The notes beneath the pieces were generated by a model. That model saw only the letters and a program-made list of their open reading frames with translations, was not told the DNA's origin and did no database searches. The position numbers and the translations under genes are program-made. A stretch of 64,000 bases of DNA, taken from contig QCNV01000004.1 in NCBI GenBank assembly GCA_003213095.1, forward strand, positions 4,949-68,948, given 5' to 3'. This document shows positions 22,488 to 32,700 of the stretch, one piece after another; position 1 is the stretch's first letter; the number at the start of each line of letters is the position of its first letter. The DNA comes from SAR202 cluster bacterium AG-426-M11 (GTDB taxonomy: Bacteria > Chloroflexota > Dehalococcoidia > Lucifugimonadales > UBA826).

Positions 22488-23210
22488 ATGGTAGATTTAA
22501 ATCAAATCAAAGTCTTAACTTGGGATATAGGGGGCACTGTTTTTGACTGGAGAGGTACAGTTCAAGAAGAAGTAAGTCGCCTTGCTAAAGAACAGGGGGC
22601 AGATATAGATATTTATCAATTTGCCAGTGACTGGAGATATGGCATGTTTGATATGCTCGCCAAGGTAAGAAAAGGTGAATTACCTCACATGAATGCTGAT
22701 GAAATTCACAGAAAAATGTTAGATATAGTCTTAGATACCCATACTGATTTAAAACTGTCAAATGATCAAAGAACCCAGTTAAATACTATATGGAGACGAT
22801 TAAAAGCTTGGGATGATGCCCCAGAAGCTATTGAAAGACTTAGAGGCAGATTTACAGTAGTTCCATTAACAGTTCTTAGTTGGTCGATCGGCGTGAACTG
22901 CTCTAAACATAACGGCATTAGCTGGGATGGATTATTATCTTGTGAATTTTTAAGACAATATAAACCAGATGCTGGAGCATATTTACATGCAGCTGAATTA
23001 CTGGATACAGACCCATCACAAATCATGATGTGTGCAGCACATACTAGAGACTTAAGATCAGCTATGGAAGCAGGTTTTAAATCAGCGTTCGTATACAGAG
23101 CTGGAGAAAAATCATTAGAAACAATGACTGAAGAACCCACTGTGCCATTAGAAACATTTGATTTTGCTGCTACAGATTTTAAAGATTTAGCAAACCAACT
23201 ACTTAACTAA
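22488..23210 (+). CDS. Haloacid dehalogenase type II-like hydrolase, copy 1
   Basis: WDIGGTVFDW, YKPD, MCAAHTRDL. Confidence 0.85.
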   Translation: MVDLNQIKVLTWDIGGTVFDWRGTVQEEVSRLAKEQGADIDIYQFASDWRYGMFDMLAKVRKGELPHMNADEIHRKMLDIVLDTHTDLKLSNDQRTQLNTIWRRLKAWDDAPEAIERLRGRFTVVPLTVLSWSIGVNCSKHNGISWDGLLSCEFLRQYKPDAGAYLHAAELLDTDPSQIMMCAAHTRDLRSAMEAGFKSAFVYRAGEKSLETMTEEPTVPLETFDFAATDFKDLANQLLN

Positions 23211-23248
23211 AAATTTTTTAGTTTGACAAAGAGCAATAAAAGGAAAGA

Positions 23249-23983
23249 ATGGTAGATTTAAATCAAATCAAAGTCTTAACTTGGGATATAGGCGGCACAG
23301 TTTTTGATTGGCGTGGCACTATACAAGACGAAGTGGGACACCTTGCTAAACAACAAGGTGTAGAAATAGATATTTATCAATTTGCCAGTGACTGGAGATA
23401 TGGCATGTTTGATATGCTCGCTAAGGTAAGAAAAGGTGAATTACCTCACATGAATGCTGATGAAATTCACAGAAAAATGCTCGATATAGTATTAGAAACT
23501 CATTCAGATTTAAAACTTTCTAACGATGAACGAGATCAATTAAACATGATTTGGAGAAGATTGAAAGCTTGGGATGATGCTCCTATAGCTATAGAAAAAC
23601 TCAGAAGCAGATACACTGTAGTGCCATTAACTGTTCTTAGTTGGGCTATCGGAGTGAATTGCTCTAAACATAATGGAATTAGCTGGGATGGGTTACTATC
23701 TTGTGAATTTTTACGACAGTACAAACCAGATCCAGGGGCATATGTACATGCAGCCGAATTACTGGATACTCACCCATCACAAATCATGATGTGTGCAGCA
23801 CATACTGGAGATTTAAAAGCAGCTATGAATGCAGGTTTTAAATCTGCTTTTGTTTATAGAGCTGGAGAGATAGATCCTACTGTTCCATCTGAAAGAAGGT
23901 CAGAGGAACCAACAGTTCCACTAGAAACTTTTGATATTGCAGCTACAGACTTTAACGACTTGGCTGAAAAATTACTCAGTTAA
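23249..23983 (+). CDS. Haloacid dehalogenase type II-like hydrolase, copy 2
   Basis: Near-identical tandem paralogue of 22488-23210. Confidence 0.85.
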   Translation: MVDLNQIKVLTWDIGGTVFDWRGTIQDEVGHLAKQQGVEIDIYQFASDWRYGMFDMLAKVRKGELPHMNADEIHRKMLDIVLETHSDLKLSNDERDQLNMIWRRLKAWDDAPIAIEKLRSRYTVVPLTVLSWAIGVNCSKHNGISWDGLLSCEFLRQYKPDPGAYVHAAELLDTHPSQIMMCAAHTGDLKAAMNAGFKSAFVYRAGEIDPTVPSERRSEEPTVPLETFDIAATDFNDLAEKLLS

Positions 23984-24026
23984 ATGTGTATTTGGCTGGA
24001 TTACCAGCCAAATACACATAAAAAAA
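23984..24026. terminator. Intrinsic terminator between convergent genes (probably bidirectional)
   Basis: Perfect 16-bp inverted repeat ATGTGTATTTGGCTGG-ATTA-CCAGCCAAATACACAT with a flanking A run. Confidence 0.85.
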
Positions 24027-24668
24027 CTAATCAGCTGTAGCGAAAGATCGTCCTACGTAAATGTAGAAAGCTGAAATGATAATAAAACACAGTCCGCTAA
24101 CGGCTGTACCCATGTTTATAAAACCATCGTCAAATCCAGCAAGTAAACTGACCAAACCAGCTACTAGGCCTGCTAGAGCAGCTATGTATGCAAAAATAGT
24201 ATTGTATTCATCTCTTGTCGAAGCTCCAAGAGCTATCAAAAGATTCCCAATTCCAAAAAGAGGCCCTGAAACAACATTGATTCCTAAAAATGTCCCTACA
24301 AATGCCGCATTTGTGAATCCCATTGCAGTAGATGAAGCAATTCCCAATGAAATTGTCCAACAGATTATAGCTACAAAAATCATAGGAAGACCCAATCTAG
24401 CTATTGCATGGCCACTTCCACCTTCCATACTTTGAACCCAATGCATAGAACCAGAAAAAACAGCTATTAACCCCAAAGGAATTAACATACTGACAATTAT
24501 TGCTATCCCTCTATTAGCCACTAATGCAGCAGCTTGAGCAGCAGTATCATCAGCATCACCAGGATCAATTATCAAACCTCCAGGTTGCAAAAAGAACATT
24601 ACTAAAGCAATGACAGGTCCTATCATCAATGAATATCCTGCTACCTTATTAACAGAAAGTGTGCCCAT
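24027..24668 (-). CDS. Multi-pass membrane protein of unknown function
   Basis: About six hydrophobic segments. AAGGAGG RBS precedes ATG 24668. Confidence 0.7.
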   Translation of the reverse strand: MGTLSVNKVAGYSLMIGPVIALVMFFLQPGGLIIDPGDADDTAAQAAALVANRGIAIIVSMLIPLGLIAVFSGSMHWVQSMEGGSGHAIARLGLPMIFVAIICWTISLGIASSTAMGFTNAAFVGTFLGINVVSGPLFGIGNLLIALGASTRDEYNTIFAYIAALAGLVAGLVSLLAGFDDGFINMGTAVSGLCFIIISAFYIYVGRSFATAD

Positions 24669-24814
24669 TTGAGTACCTCCTTTTATTTGCATGTTTGCAT
24701 TCTCAAATCACACGATGAAAAAATATTCTGATAAAACAAATACAAACACAAGCAGTTTTTGTATTATTTATACTTTCAATATTGCTGATTAATATTATTG
24801 ATAATATTAATCAT

Positions 24815-25231
24815 TTAAAAAAGATTCGAATCAGAAAGGCTATTATCTAAAAATGAGGATCTGATTTTTACTCCCCACCTTCCATTAACTTCAATAAATA
24901 TCCATAAAGTTTGGAATGAATTATACGGAGTACCATCAGGGTGCCGGCGAGTTTGCAAAAAAGTTAAATGAACTTTTTTATCACCAAACTGAACAGCTGA
25001 CATATCAGTAGTAGTAGTTTCTCCCCAATTTTCATCGATCAATTTTTGAGTATCATCTTCTAACATGATTTGATGTTCTTCAGATGTTTCCCATATTTTT
25101 ACATCATTACGTCCGGACAGTCGATAATGCGGGAAATGCATTTCTTCTAACATTCCTTCTATATTTCTAGAATTAAAAGCTTGTGACCATCTGTAAAATG
25201 AATCAATTGCTAAATCCTTAGCCTCTTTCAT
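24815..25231 (-). CDS. NTF2/SnoaL-like small protein
   Basis: WSQAFNSRN...MHFPHYRL...WGVKIRSS pattern. GGAGG RBS before ATG 25231. Confidence 0.6.
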   Translation of the reverse strand: MKEAKDLAIDSFYRWSQAFNSRNIEGMLEEMHFPHYRLSGRNDVKIWETSEEHQIMLEDDTQKLIDENWGETTTTDMSAVQFGDKKVHLTFLQTRRHPDGTPYNSFQTLWIFIEVNGRWGVKIRSSFLDNSLSDSNLF

Positions 25232-25289
25232 AGTTACCTCCATGGATTGATCTAGTACAATCATACTCAAACATTTACCGGATCTGATA

Positions 25290-27110
25290 ATGAGATTTAA
25301 AAAGTTTTATTTAATAGCTACAACTACATTATTAATTGTGATGACTCCTATTTTAATTATGACTATCATCACATTAGGCAACAACTTAAAAGACAGGATT
25401 TCTGATGAAGAAACTAAAGTATCATCAGAAGTTCAATCGGCCATGCCAAATTCTGATTTTTTTAGAATCGCACCAACATTCACTCCTGTTCCTACATATA
25501 CTCCTGTTCCTACATATACTCCTGTTCCTACTTTTACTCCTGTTCCATTACCAAATCAAGTGCCTACACCACAACCAACTCCCACACCAATCCCTATGTA
25601 CATTTCTCCAACCCCATTGATCGCTTTATGCACTTATGCTAACCCTTCTATTCCTAAAATGACAGAAAACGAACTTCAACTTCTTAAGTCAAATATTGGC
25701 AATGCTATGTTCCTACCTTCAAAAATTTTCGGAGATGAGACAACTAAACTTGTTACCTTTGGAATTAACGAAATCAACATTGGAACAAATTCGCCTAACT
25801 CAATTCAACTTTATGACGATGGGACTCATGGTGATTCAGTAGCAGGTGACAATATTTTCACTAGAGCATGTCTAGACAGAAATGATCTTGAATTAGATTA
25901 CGATTTAATCAATGGGCAATCTGGAAGATTTACACTAAATAACGCAATGCTAAATGTTGTTCATCCCTCTTTAAGAAACAATATTCCCTATGAACAATTT
26001 ACTCAAAACCTTTTCTCCACACAAAATGTAATGTTTTATGCTTTAAGCGAAAAACATCTTAAAGCTCAACACGGGTCCCAAAATGACTTTTTAAATCCTA
26101 GAAGCTGTTTAGTATGTATAGAAATTTTAAAAACATTTGGAGATATTATTGATCACCTAATTCTTGTCCCCGATAATCCTATTAATACTACTAATTCTGA
26201 GTATTACCGAATCTCGGATAACGTTAAAGGAATCATGACTTACGGAGATGCTATTTGCGATCCAGTCAGATGGCAGGACCAAGGGAAAAATGAAAGCATC
26301 AATGAATATTACATTCAGACTAAATTTGGATGTCCCGCAAAATTTGTCGATGGCAAAAATTACAATAAACTCAAAGGAAATATTTGGTTCAGCTCAACTT
26401 CTTTCGATGATTTAAACGAAACATTTGCTCAATGGATAGGAATTGGACCCAAAAACATTAAATTCCCTGGAAATGATATCGCGTGGAACTCTTTCTCTGA
26501 CTACAAAATAGACTCTTTTTCATCTGTTATGGGTCCATTAACTACTAATCTAGTTAACCCCAAAATTGGCAAAGATTCTACTCTTAAAATTAAAATTTCA
26601 GACACTCAAACATCTGAAGCAAAACTTCGATACAACCCTACTACTAAGACTTTTACTATGGTCCCAATCGATGAAGTTACAAAAGAGTATGACGACATTC
26701 TTTTATATATGATGGGCTTAAAATCTTATGATGATTCACAAAAAAGATATTTCTATCTAGACCCAAAAGAAATTAATTTAAAAGATTGTGAAAGTTCAGA
26801 AGAAAATGAACTGATTTGTAATAATTCATTGATCACTAAGGATGAATATGGTCGTATGATTGAGTTTGGGGTAAAGGAAATGGTTGAGCAATTTGGAGAA
26901 AGAGATCCGATTTACAACCCAAGTGCTATAAATTTAAATTCTCCCGTGATTGTATTAACTAAAAATCTACCTACTGAAGCAGAGATAGCTTATTATCACA
27001 CGTTATTTAAGTGGTGGGGACAATCTTCACAATCTATCCCACAATTAGGACTATCTTACATAGAAGCAACTAAGGGATTAGGAGAAATCACAACTGGTAT
27101 CCCCAGATAA
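25290..27110 (+). CDS. Membrane-anchored/secreted protein with Pro-Thr linker and LYDDGTHGD (choice-of-anchor X-like) motif
   Basis: N-terminal TM helix, PTFTPVPTYTPV repeats, LYDDGTHGDSVAGDNIFT. Confidence 0.7.
   Translation: MRFKKFYLIATTTLLIVMTPILIMTIITLGNNLKDRISDEETKVSSEVQSAMPNSDFFRIAPTFTPVPTYTPVPTYTPVPTFTPVPLPNQVPTPQPTPTPIPMYISPTPLIALCTYANPSIPKMTENELQLLKSNIGNAMFLPSKIFGDETTKLVTFGINEINIGTNSPNSIQLYDDGTHGDSVAGDNIFTRACLDRNDLELDYDLINGQSGRFTLNNAMLNVVHPSLRNNIPYEQFTQNLFSTQNVMFYALSEKHLKAQHGSQNDFLNPRSCLVCIEILKTFGDIIDHLILVPDNPINTTNSEYYRISDNVKGIMTYGDAICDPVRWQDQGKNESINEYYIQTKFGCPAKFVDGKNYNKLKGNIWFSSTSFDDLNETFAQWIGIGPKNIKFPGNDIAWNSFSDYKIDSFSSVMGPLTTNLVNPKIGKDSTLKIKISDTQTSEAKLRYNPTTKTFTMVPIDEVTKEYDDILLYMMGLKSYDDSQKRYFYLDPKEINLKDCESSEENELICNNSLITKDEYGRMIEFGVKEMVEQFGERDPIYNPSAINLNSPVIVLTKNLPTEAEIAYYHTLFKWWGQSSQSIPQLGLSYIEATKGLGEITTGIPR
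25482..25546 (+). repeat. 18-bp coding tandem repeat (about 3.6 units) encoding TPVPT(Y/F)
   Basis: ACTCCTGTTCCTACATAT x2, ACTCCTGTTCCTACTTTT, ACTCCTGTTCC. Confidence 0.9.
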
Positions 27111-27111
27111 T

Positions 27112-27978
27112 CTACTCTGATTCCCACTCAACTTCAAAAACTGTATGGGTACCTGGTAGCCCTTTTAATTCAAATTCTATTTCTTCCCCAAACTTTAAGT
27201 CTCCTGCAGAATCAGTCATTCTCTTAGTGACAGAGGATATTAAAATTTGTTCAGCTGTTGCTTTAGCTGAAATTCGAGCAGCTTCATTTACTGCACGTCC
27301 AAAATAATCACCATTTTCTAAAATAGCCTCTCCAGTATTTAATCCAATTCTTACATTTATAGGTAAATCAGGTTGCCTTTCTCTTAATTGTTTGAGTTCT
27401 TTTTGTATTTGAATTGCGCACAAAACACCATTTCTACTACTAGTAAACGCTGCCATAAAACCGTCACCCATTTCTTTAACAATAAAACCTTCGTTTTGTC
27501 TAATTAAATCACTCAAAACTTCTTCATGAATTCTAGAAACTTCTCGGGATTTAATATCTCCCAAAGTTCTAACTAAGTCTGTAGAACCAAACATATCACT
27601 AAACAAAAAGGTGACTGTTCCACTTGGAGGAGGAGCAATATTTTTACCGTCAACTTCTTGGATTTGTTCTATGACTACTACTGTCGCTTTACCTTCTGCC
27701 AAATCAAACCTATCTCCATCAGTTAATTGAATTACTTCAGATGGATTTAAAAATTTACCATTAAAATTAGAACCGTTTGAACTATTCAAGTCTCTAGCAA
27801 AAGCCTGATCTTTTTCCAACCAAAATTCAATGTGGGTCCCAGACACATAAGGATCATCTATCACAACATTGCATGACGGAGATCTCCCAACAGTCATCCT
27901 GTTGGTTGTTAAAATTTGCCTGTCACCTTTGGATTTTGCTGATGAAACTTCTATAAAAAATGCCATATTAACCCTCAA
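27112..27978 (-). CDS. FHA domain fused to a class III adenylate cyclase
   Basis: FHA: VGRS...VSGTH...DLNSSNGS. Cyclase: FSDMFGST, KEMGDG, DYFGRAVNEAAR (K/D pair typical of ATP specificity). Confidence 0.92.
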   Translation of the reverse strand: MRVNMAFFIEVSSAKSKGDRQILTTNRMTVGRSPSCNVVIDDPYVSGTHIEFWLEKDQAFARDLNSSNGSNFNGKFLNPSEVIQLTDGDRFDLAEGKATVVVIEQIQEVDGKNIAPPPSGTVTFLFSDMFGSTDLVRTLGDIKSREVSRIHEEVLSDLIRQNEGFIVKEMGDGFMAAFTSSRNGVLCAIQIQKELKQLRERQPDLPINVRIGLNTGEAILENGDYFGRAVNEAARISAKATAEQILISSVTKRMTDSAGDLKFGEEIEFELKGLPGTHTVFEVEWESE

Positions 27979-28113
27979 AACTAATCATAAAAATTTTAGC
28001 ATATTATAATTTCAAAATCTGAAGCTATATTTCTAACAGATAAAAAATACTGTGCAACAACATTTTAATTTAACATTGAAAAAGATATCAAAAAAATATT
28101 ATTTAGAACAAAT

Positions 28114-29601
28114 CTAATTATTGATCATTTTTTCGTAAAGATTCGAATGCAACCCTATTAAATCTTGATGTATTTTGTGGTTTTTTAGATTGGGATAATA
28201 TTTGTCTTCTATTTCCGTTTCAATCTGATCAAAATCTCTTATTTTCCCTAATGCCTTTAATATCAAAATTGATACCCCTCTTCCTGTATCTTGATTATCT
28301 TTCGAAATATTTATCTGGTGCCCTAAAACATCAGATGTCGTTTGAATCCACCAAGGTAAGTTTTTTATGGCTCCTCCACTGGCTATCACTTGTGTTTCAA
28401 CATCTACAAAACTTTCTAACATTTTATAAACCAAAAATAATCTATAACTCACGGACTCTAACATTGACTGCAAAATTTCTATAGAAGTATTGGAATATTT
28501 CAATCCAGTAATTGTAGCTTTAGAATTATTTGACCAGCCTAATGCTCTTTCTCCTAATAAAAAAGGTAATGATAAAACTCCATGTCCACCTGGTTGTAAT
28601 TTTATTAATTCATTATTTAATTGATTTATTTCAGGAACTTTCAAGTTACTATTTGCCCAATTAATCAGATTCCCTCCTTCTGAAAAAGAACCTCCCAAAA
28701 GAGAATATTTACTATGTAATTGATAGCACCACAAACCTTGTGGGATTTTATCTATTTTTGAATCTGAAAGAATTCTTATTGCAGCAGTACTTCCTATCGT
28801 TATAGCAATTTTATTTCTATTATTACAACCACTTCCAACAGTTGCTGCTAAACCATCTCCAACTGATAAAAAGAATGGAGTGTCTGATAATTTCTTCCAT
28901 CTTTTTAAGTATTTTTTATTTAAACCCATTTCATATTTGTCATAAGGATTTAAATTAGGTAGATTTTCTTCAGATATGCCTAAATATTTAATAAATTCTG
29001 CGTGCCATTCTAATTTGTTTCTATCAAATAATCCGCTCCAAGAAGAAATAGAATAACTTGCATTAAAACTTGGATTTTCAAACCATTTTGAATAAATATA
29101 AGTAGAAACATCTATAAATTTGTCGATTTCTTGATAATCGTTGAGGTTATCTTTCATCCACATTATTTTTGAAGGAACATACGAAGTATGTTGAGCTGTT
29201 CCAGTTTGTTGATGAAGTATTTTTTCGTCAAAATCGTTTTTTATTTGATCAACTTGTTGATTGGATCTAGTATCTGCATAAGTAAAAATTGGGGTAATTG
29301 GGTCTCCATATTTATCAACCCCTAATAAAGTGCTTGCCATAGAATCAAAACCAACTCCGATAACTTTTTCAATATATCCTTCAGATTTTTCAAGGACGTC
29401 ATCTATGGATTTCTCAACTATAGAACATAACAGTTCTGCATCTTGCTCAGAAGTGCCATCATTCTTACTTATAATCGTATGTGGAATAGTTACGGAAAAT
29501 TGGGGCAAAATATTTCCGCTCAAATCAAAAAATGAAGTTTTTACAGATGAAGTTCCTATATCTACTATAAGTAATGACTCATTTATTTTTGTTTGTTCCA
29601 A
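28114..29601 (-). CDS. FGGY-family carbohydrate kinase (gluconokinase-like)
   Basis: VDIGTSSVK, TYADTRS, GDG, PFLLGERA, ASGG. Confidence 0.85.
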   Translation of the reverse strand: MEQTKINESLLIVDIGTSSVKTSFFDLSGNILPQFSVTIPHTIISKNDGTSEQDAELLCSIVEKSIDDVLEKSEGYIEKVIGVGFDSMASTLLGVDKYGDPITPIFTYADTRSNQQVDQIKNDFDEKILHQQTGTAQHTSYVPSKIMWMKDNLNDYQEIDKFIDVSTYIYSKWFENPSFNASYSISSWSGLFDRNKLEWHAEFIKYLGISEENLPNLNPYDKYEMGLNKKYLKRWKKLSDTPFFLSVGDGLAATVGSGCNNRNKIAITIGSTAAIRILSDSKIDKIPQGLWCYQLHSKYSLLGGSFSEGGNLINWANSNLKVPEINQLNNELIKLQPGGHGVLSLPFLLGERALGWSNNSKATITGLKYSNTSIEILQSMLESVSYRLFLVYKMLESFVDVETQVIASGGAIKNLPWWIQTTSDVLGHQINISKDNQDTGRGVSILILKALGKIRDFDQIETEIEDKYYPNLKNHKIHQDLIGLHSNLYEKMINN

Positions 29602-29743
29602 AATTTTATACTTCTTTACTGTTCATATGATCAAGATTACAAAAAATCATAGATACAAATCTACACAAACTTAAATTAATTAGTTAAAGCGGTAAAGTCT
29701 TGTAAAATGATTTGTCTTGATTTAGATAGAATTTTATCAGATT

Positions 29744-32700
29744 CTATCTACCAAAATCTGATTCATAGACTTGAGGTGCGCCAGAAAAATTAGTAACCCC
29801 AGGATCTCCTACCCAATAATTCAAAATTAAATTTGAGTTAGAAATAGCAGCAAACTCTAACAAACCATACTGATTAGTTCCGGGATTAAACATCAACATC
29901 AATTCTGATGAATTGGAACTTTCTTGTGTACAAATTCCAATAGTATAGGTACTCGAAAATTCATGATTATTTGCGTCTACCAATAAATCTACATTATCAA
30001 AATTTTTATAACCAGAGTTACCAGAAAAACATCCTGAAGAATTAATACCTGCTACTAAATTAGCATTTGGATAAAAGTATGCATTCTGAGCATTCGCACT
30101 AGTTATACTCCAAAAAAATGGTGCTAAACCTTCAATAAAAATATCGTTAGAATCATATACAGAGACAGTTCCTGTCTTTCCTGACCAATCGCCAATAGAA
30201 GTAAATCCTCCGCCTCGGTTATTAAAATTGGATGATTGATTAAAACCTGAATTTTGAGACATTATTTCTATAGATAAATAGTCCGAAGGTTCGCTATTAC
30301 CACCATTTTCATAATAAGCAATAGCATATAGTTGATATTTACCAGGTTCTAAATAAATATCATCGATATTCCAATAATTCCCATCGAATTGGGATATAAA
30401 TGTACCACCTATAAAAGTGCCATCTGAAGTATATAAATCAATGTATGCACCACCACTATTATTTCCAAGATCTAACTTCCCTTCAAATGAGACATTAGGA
30501 GAATAAGAAGTCGACGTAAATTCTCCTTCAGATATCATGCCACCAATGACAGGGGCATTACGAATTTCTTCTGTAACTTCAATAAATAAAGTTTCAGAGG
30601 GTTCACTATAAATTTGATTATTAGAATATTGATCCATCATCACAGATTCTGCCCAAATCTCATAACTACCAACTTCCAATTCACCATTTGGATATATAGT
30701 CCAACTACCCTGATAGTCAGCATATCCTTTTCCTAATTGTCTGCCATTACCCCACAAAATTACCTCAGAATTTGAATCTGCAAATCCTCTGAAAAACGGA
30801 TCCTGAAACCTAGTTATTGTTTTAGCATTAACTTCTCGTCCAGAATCATTATCAAAATAATACATAGTCAAATCACGTGGAGCATTAATGTTTTCAGAAG
30901 TAATTTCAATATATAAATAATCTGAATCATCACTAACTCTTTGCGGATCACCAGGATCATATGAATATGCCCATATTGCATATTCACCTATAGGCATTTC
31001 ACTTTTTGAACATATATTCCATTCGCCATAATCAGACCAACCTTGGCCTATTTCACCAAATTCAGATTGTAATACAACTTCTGTAAATTGATCTGCTTGT
31101 CCTCTAAAACAAGGAAATCGTTCTGAAGTGCTAGTACCAGTAATTTGTGTCCTAGCATCATTATCCCAAAAGACCATACTTAACCCACTAGGCGGTTGAA
31201 GTGTTTCAACAAATATCTCAATATATAGATAATCTGAATCATCACTAATTCTTTGACGATCATCAGGATCATATGAGTACGCCCATACTGCATACTCTCC
31301 TATAGGCATTTCACTTTGTGGACATATATTCCATTGGCCATAATCAGACCAACCTCTACCTATTTCCCCAAATTCAGATTGTAATACAACTTCTGTAAAT
31401 TGATCTGCTTGTCCTCTAAAACAAGGGAATCTTTCTGAAGTATTAGTGCCAGTAAGTTCTCTTTGAGAGTCATTATCCCAATAAACCATGCTTAATTTAC
31501 TAGGAGCACTTGGTGGGGGTGATGGAATAATCTCAAAATTATAGTCTTCTGAAGGAATGCTTAAAAAGCCATCATCGGGATCATATGAAATAGCATATAT
31601 TGAATATTTTCCTATAGATAAGAAATCAAAATTTTGAGAATACCAATTTCCATTAAAATCCGAGAATGATTCACCAATCAATCTTCCATTAGAAGAATCA
31701 AAAATTTCAATTCTATGGAATGGCTCAGAGGTACCTGAAATGCTTATCCAACCATCAGTAAATGTAGAATCGTAAGAAGAACCCCATGTTCCATTTTCAG
31801 TTGAACCTTCAATTGAATTTATTTCAGGTTGTTGTATAGATTGACCTTTAATTATTATTGGAAGACCTGGAGAGATTTGACTCATATTTCCAGCGATATC
31901 AGTCGCAAAATACTGAATCAAATAATCGCCCGGTTGCAATGAAAAGATTTCTAAGTCCCAGCTACTACCTTCGACTTCAGTCTCTCCTATAAAGTACCCA
32001 TCACTGGTTACTACTTCTATAAGAGCTTCTTCAGTAAAAGTGCCACCAATAATCGTAGGGGAATCCGAATCACCTTCTTCAAAAAGAATTGGTTGCCTTA
32101 AGCCTGAAGGAGCCTGAGTATCAATATTTACTGTAGATGAAGGTGAAGGGTCTCCTTCATTTCCTGCTTCATCTGTAAGAATCACATAAACATCATGTTT
32201 ACCATCATTAATATAAGAGGATTGAAGTGTCCAAACTCCATTACTTCTTACTGTACTAGAGCCTAGTTCATTCCCTCTAGTGTCAAATAAAGTTACATTA
32301 ACATCAGGCTTTGCATTACCCGTAAATGAAGGAGTTGATTCATTTGTAATGCCATCATACGAGTATCTTCCCGAATCACTTGATGCAACCAATTGAGGTG
32401 CAGAAGATTGACCAACTCCTTGAACTAAAACTTCTACTAAAAGCTCACTAGAACTTGAACTTTCATTTCCAGCCCTATCTGTTGCAACAGCATAAACTTC
32501 TTGTTTTCCAAACATTCCTTCTGTAGTAATAGACCAAATACCCCTAGAATTAGAATATCCAGTACCTATAACTGCCGATCCTACAAAAAGTTCAATCAAT
32601 GTAGTCGGATCAGAAGTTCCTTTAAATGTTGGACTTGTATCTGTTGTCACATTATCTGAATCAGATTGGCCTGTATCACTTTCATCGCTCAAATCGGGCT

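Noticed and set aside
25482-25546. CRISPR-like repeat
   Set aside because: Head-to-tail in-frame 18-mers with no spacers that encode a Pro-Thr linker. No cas genes are present.
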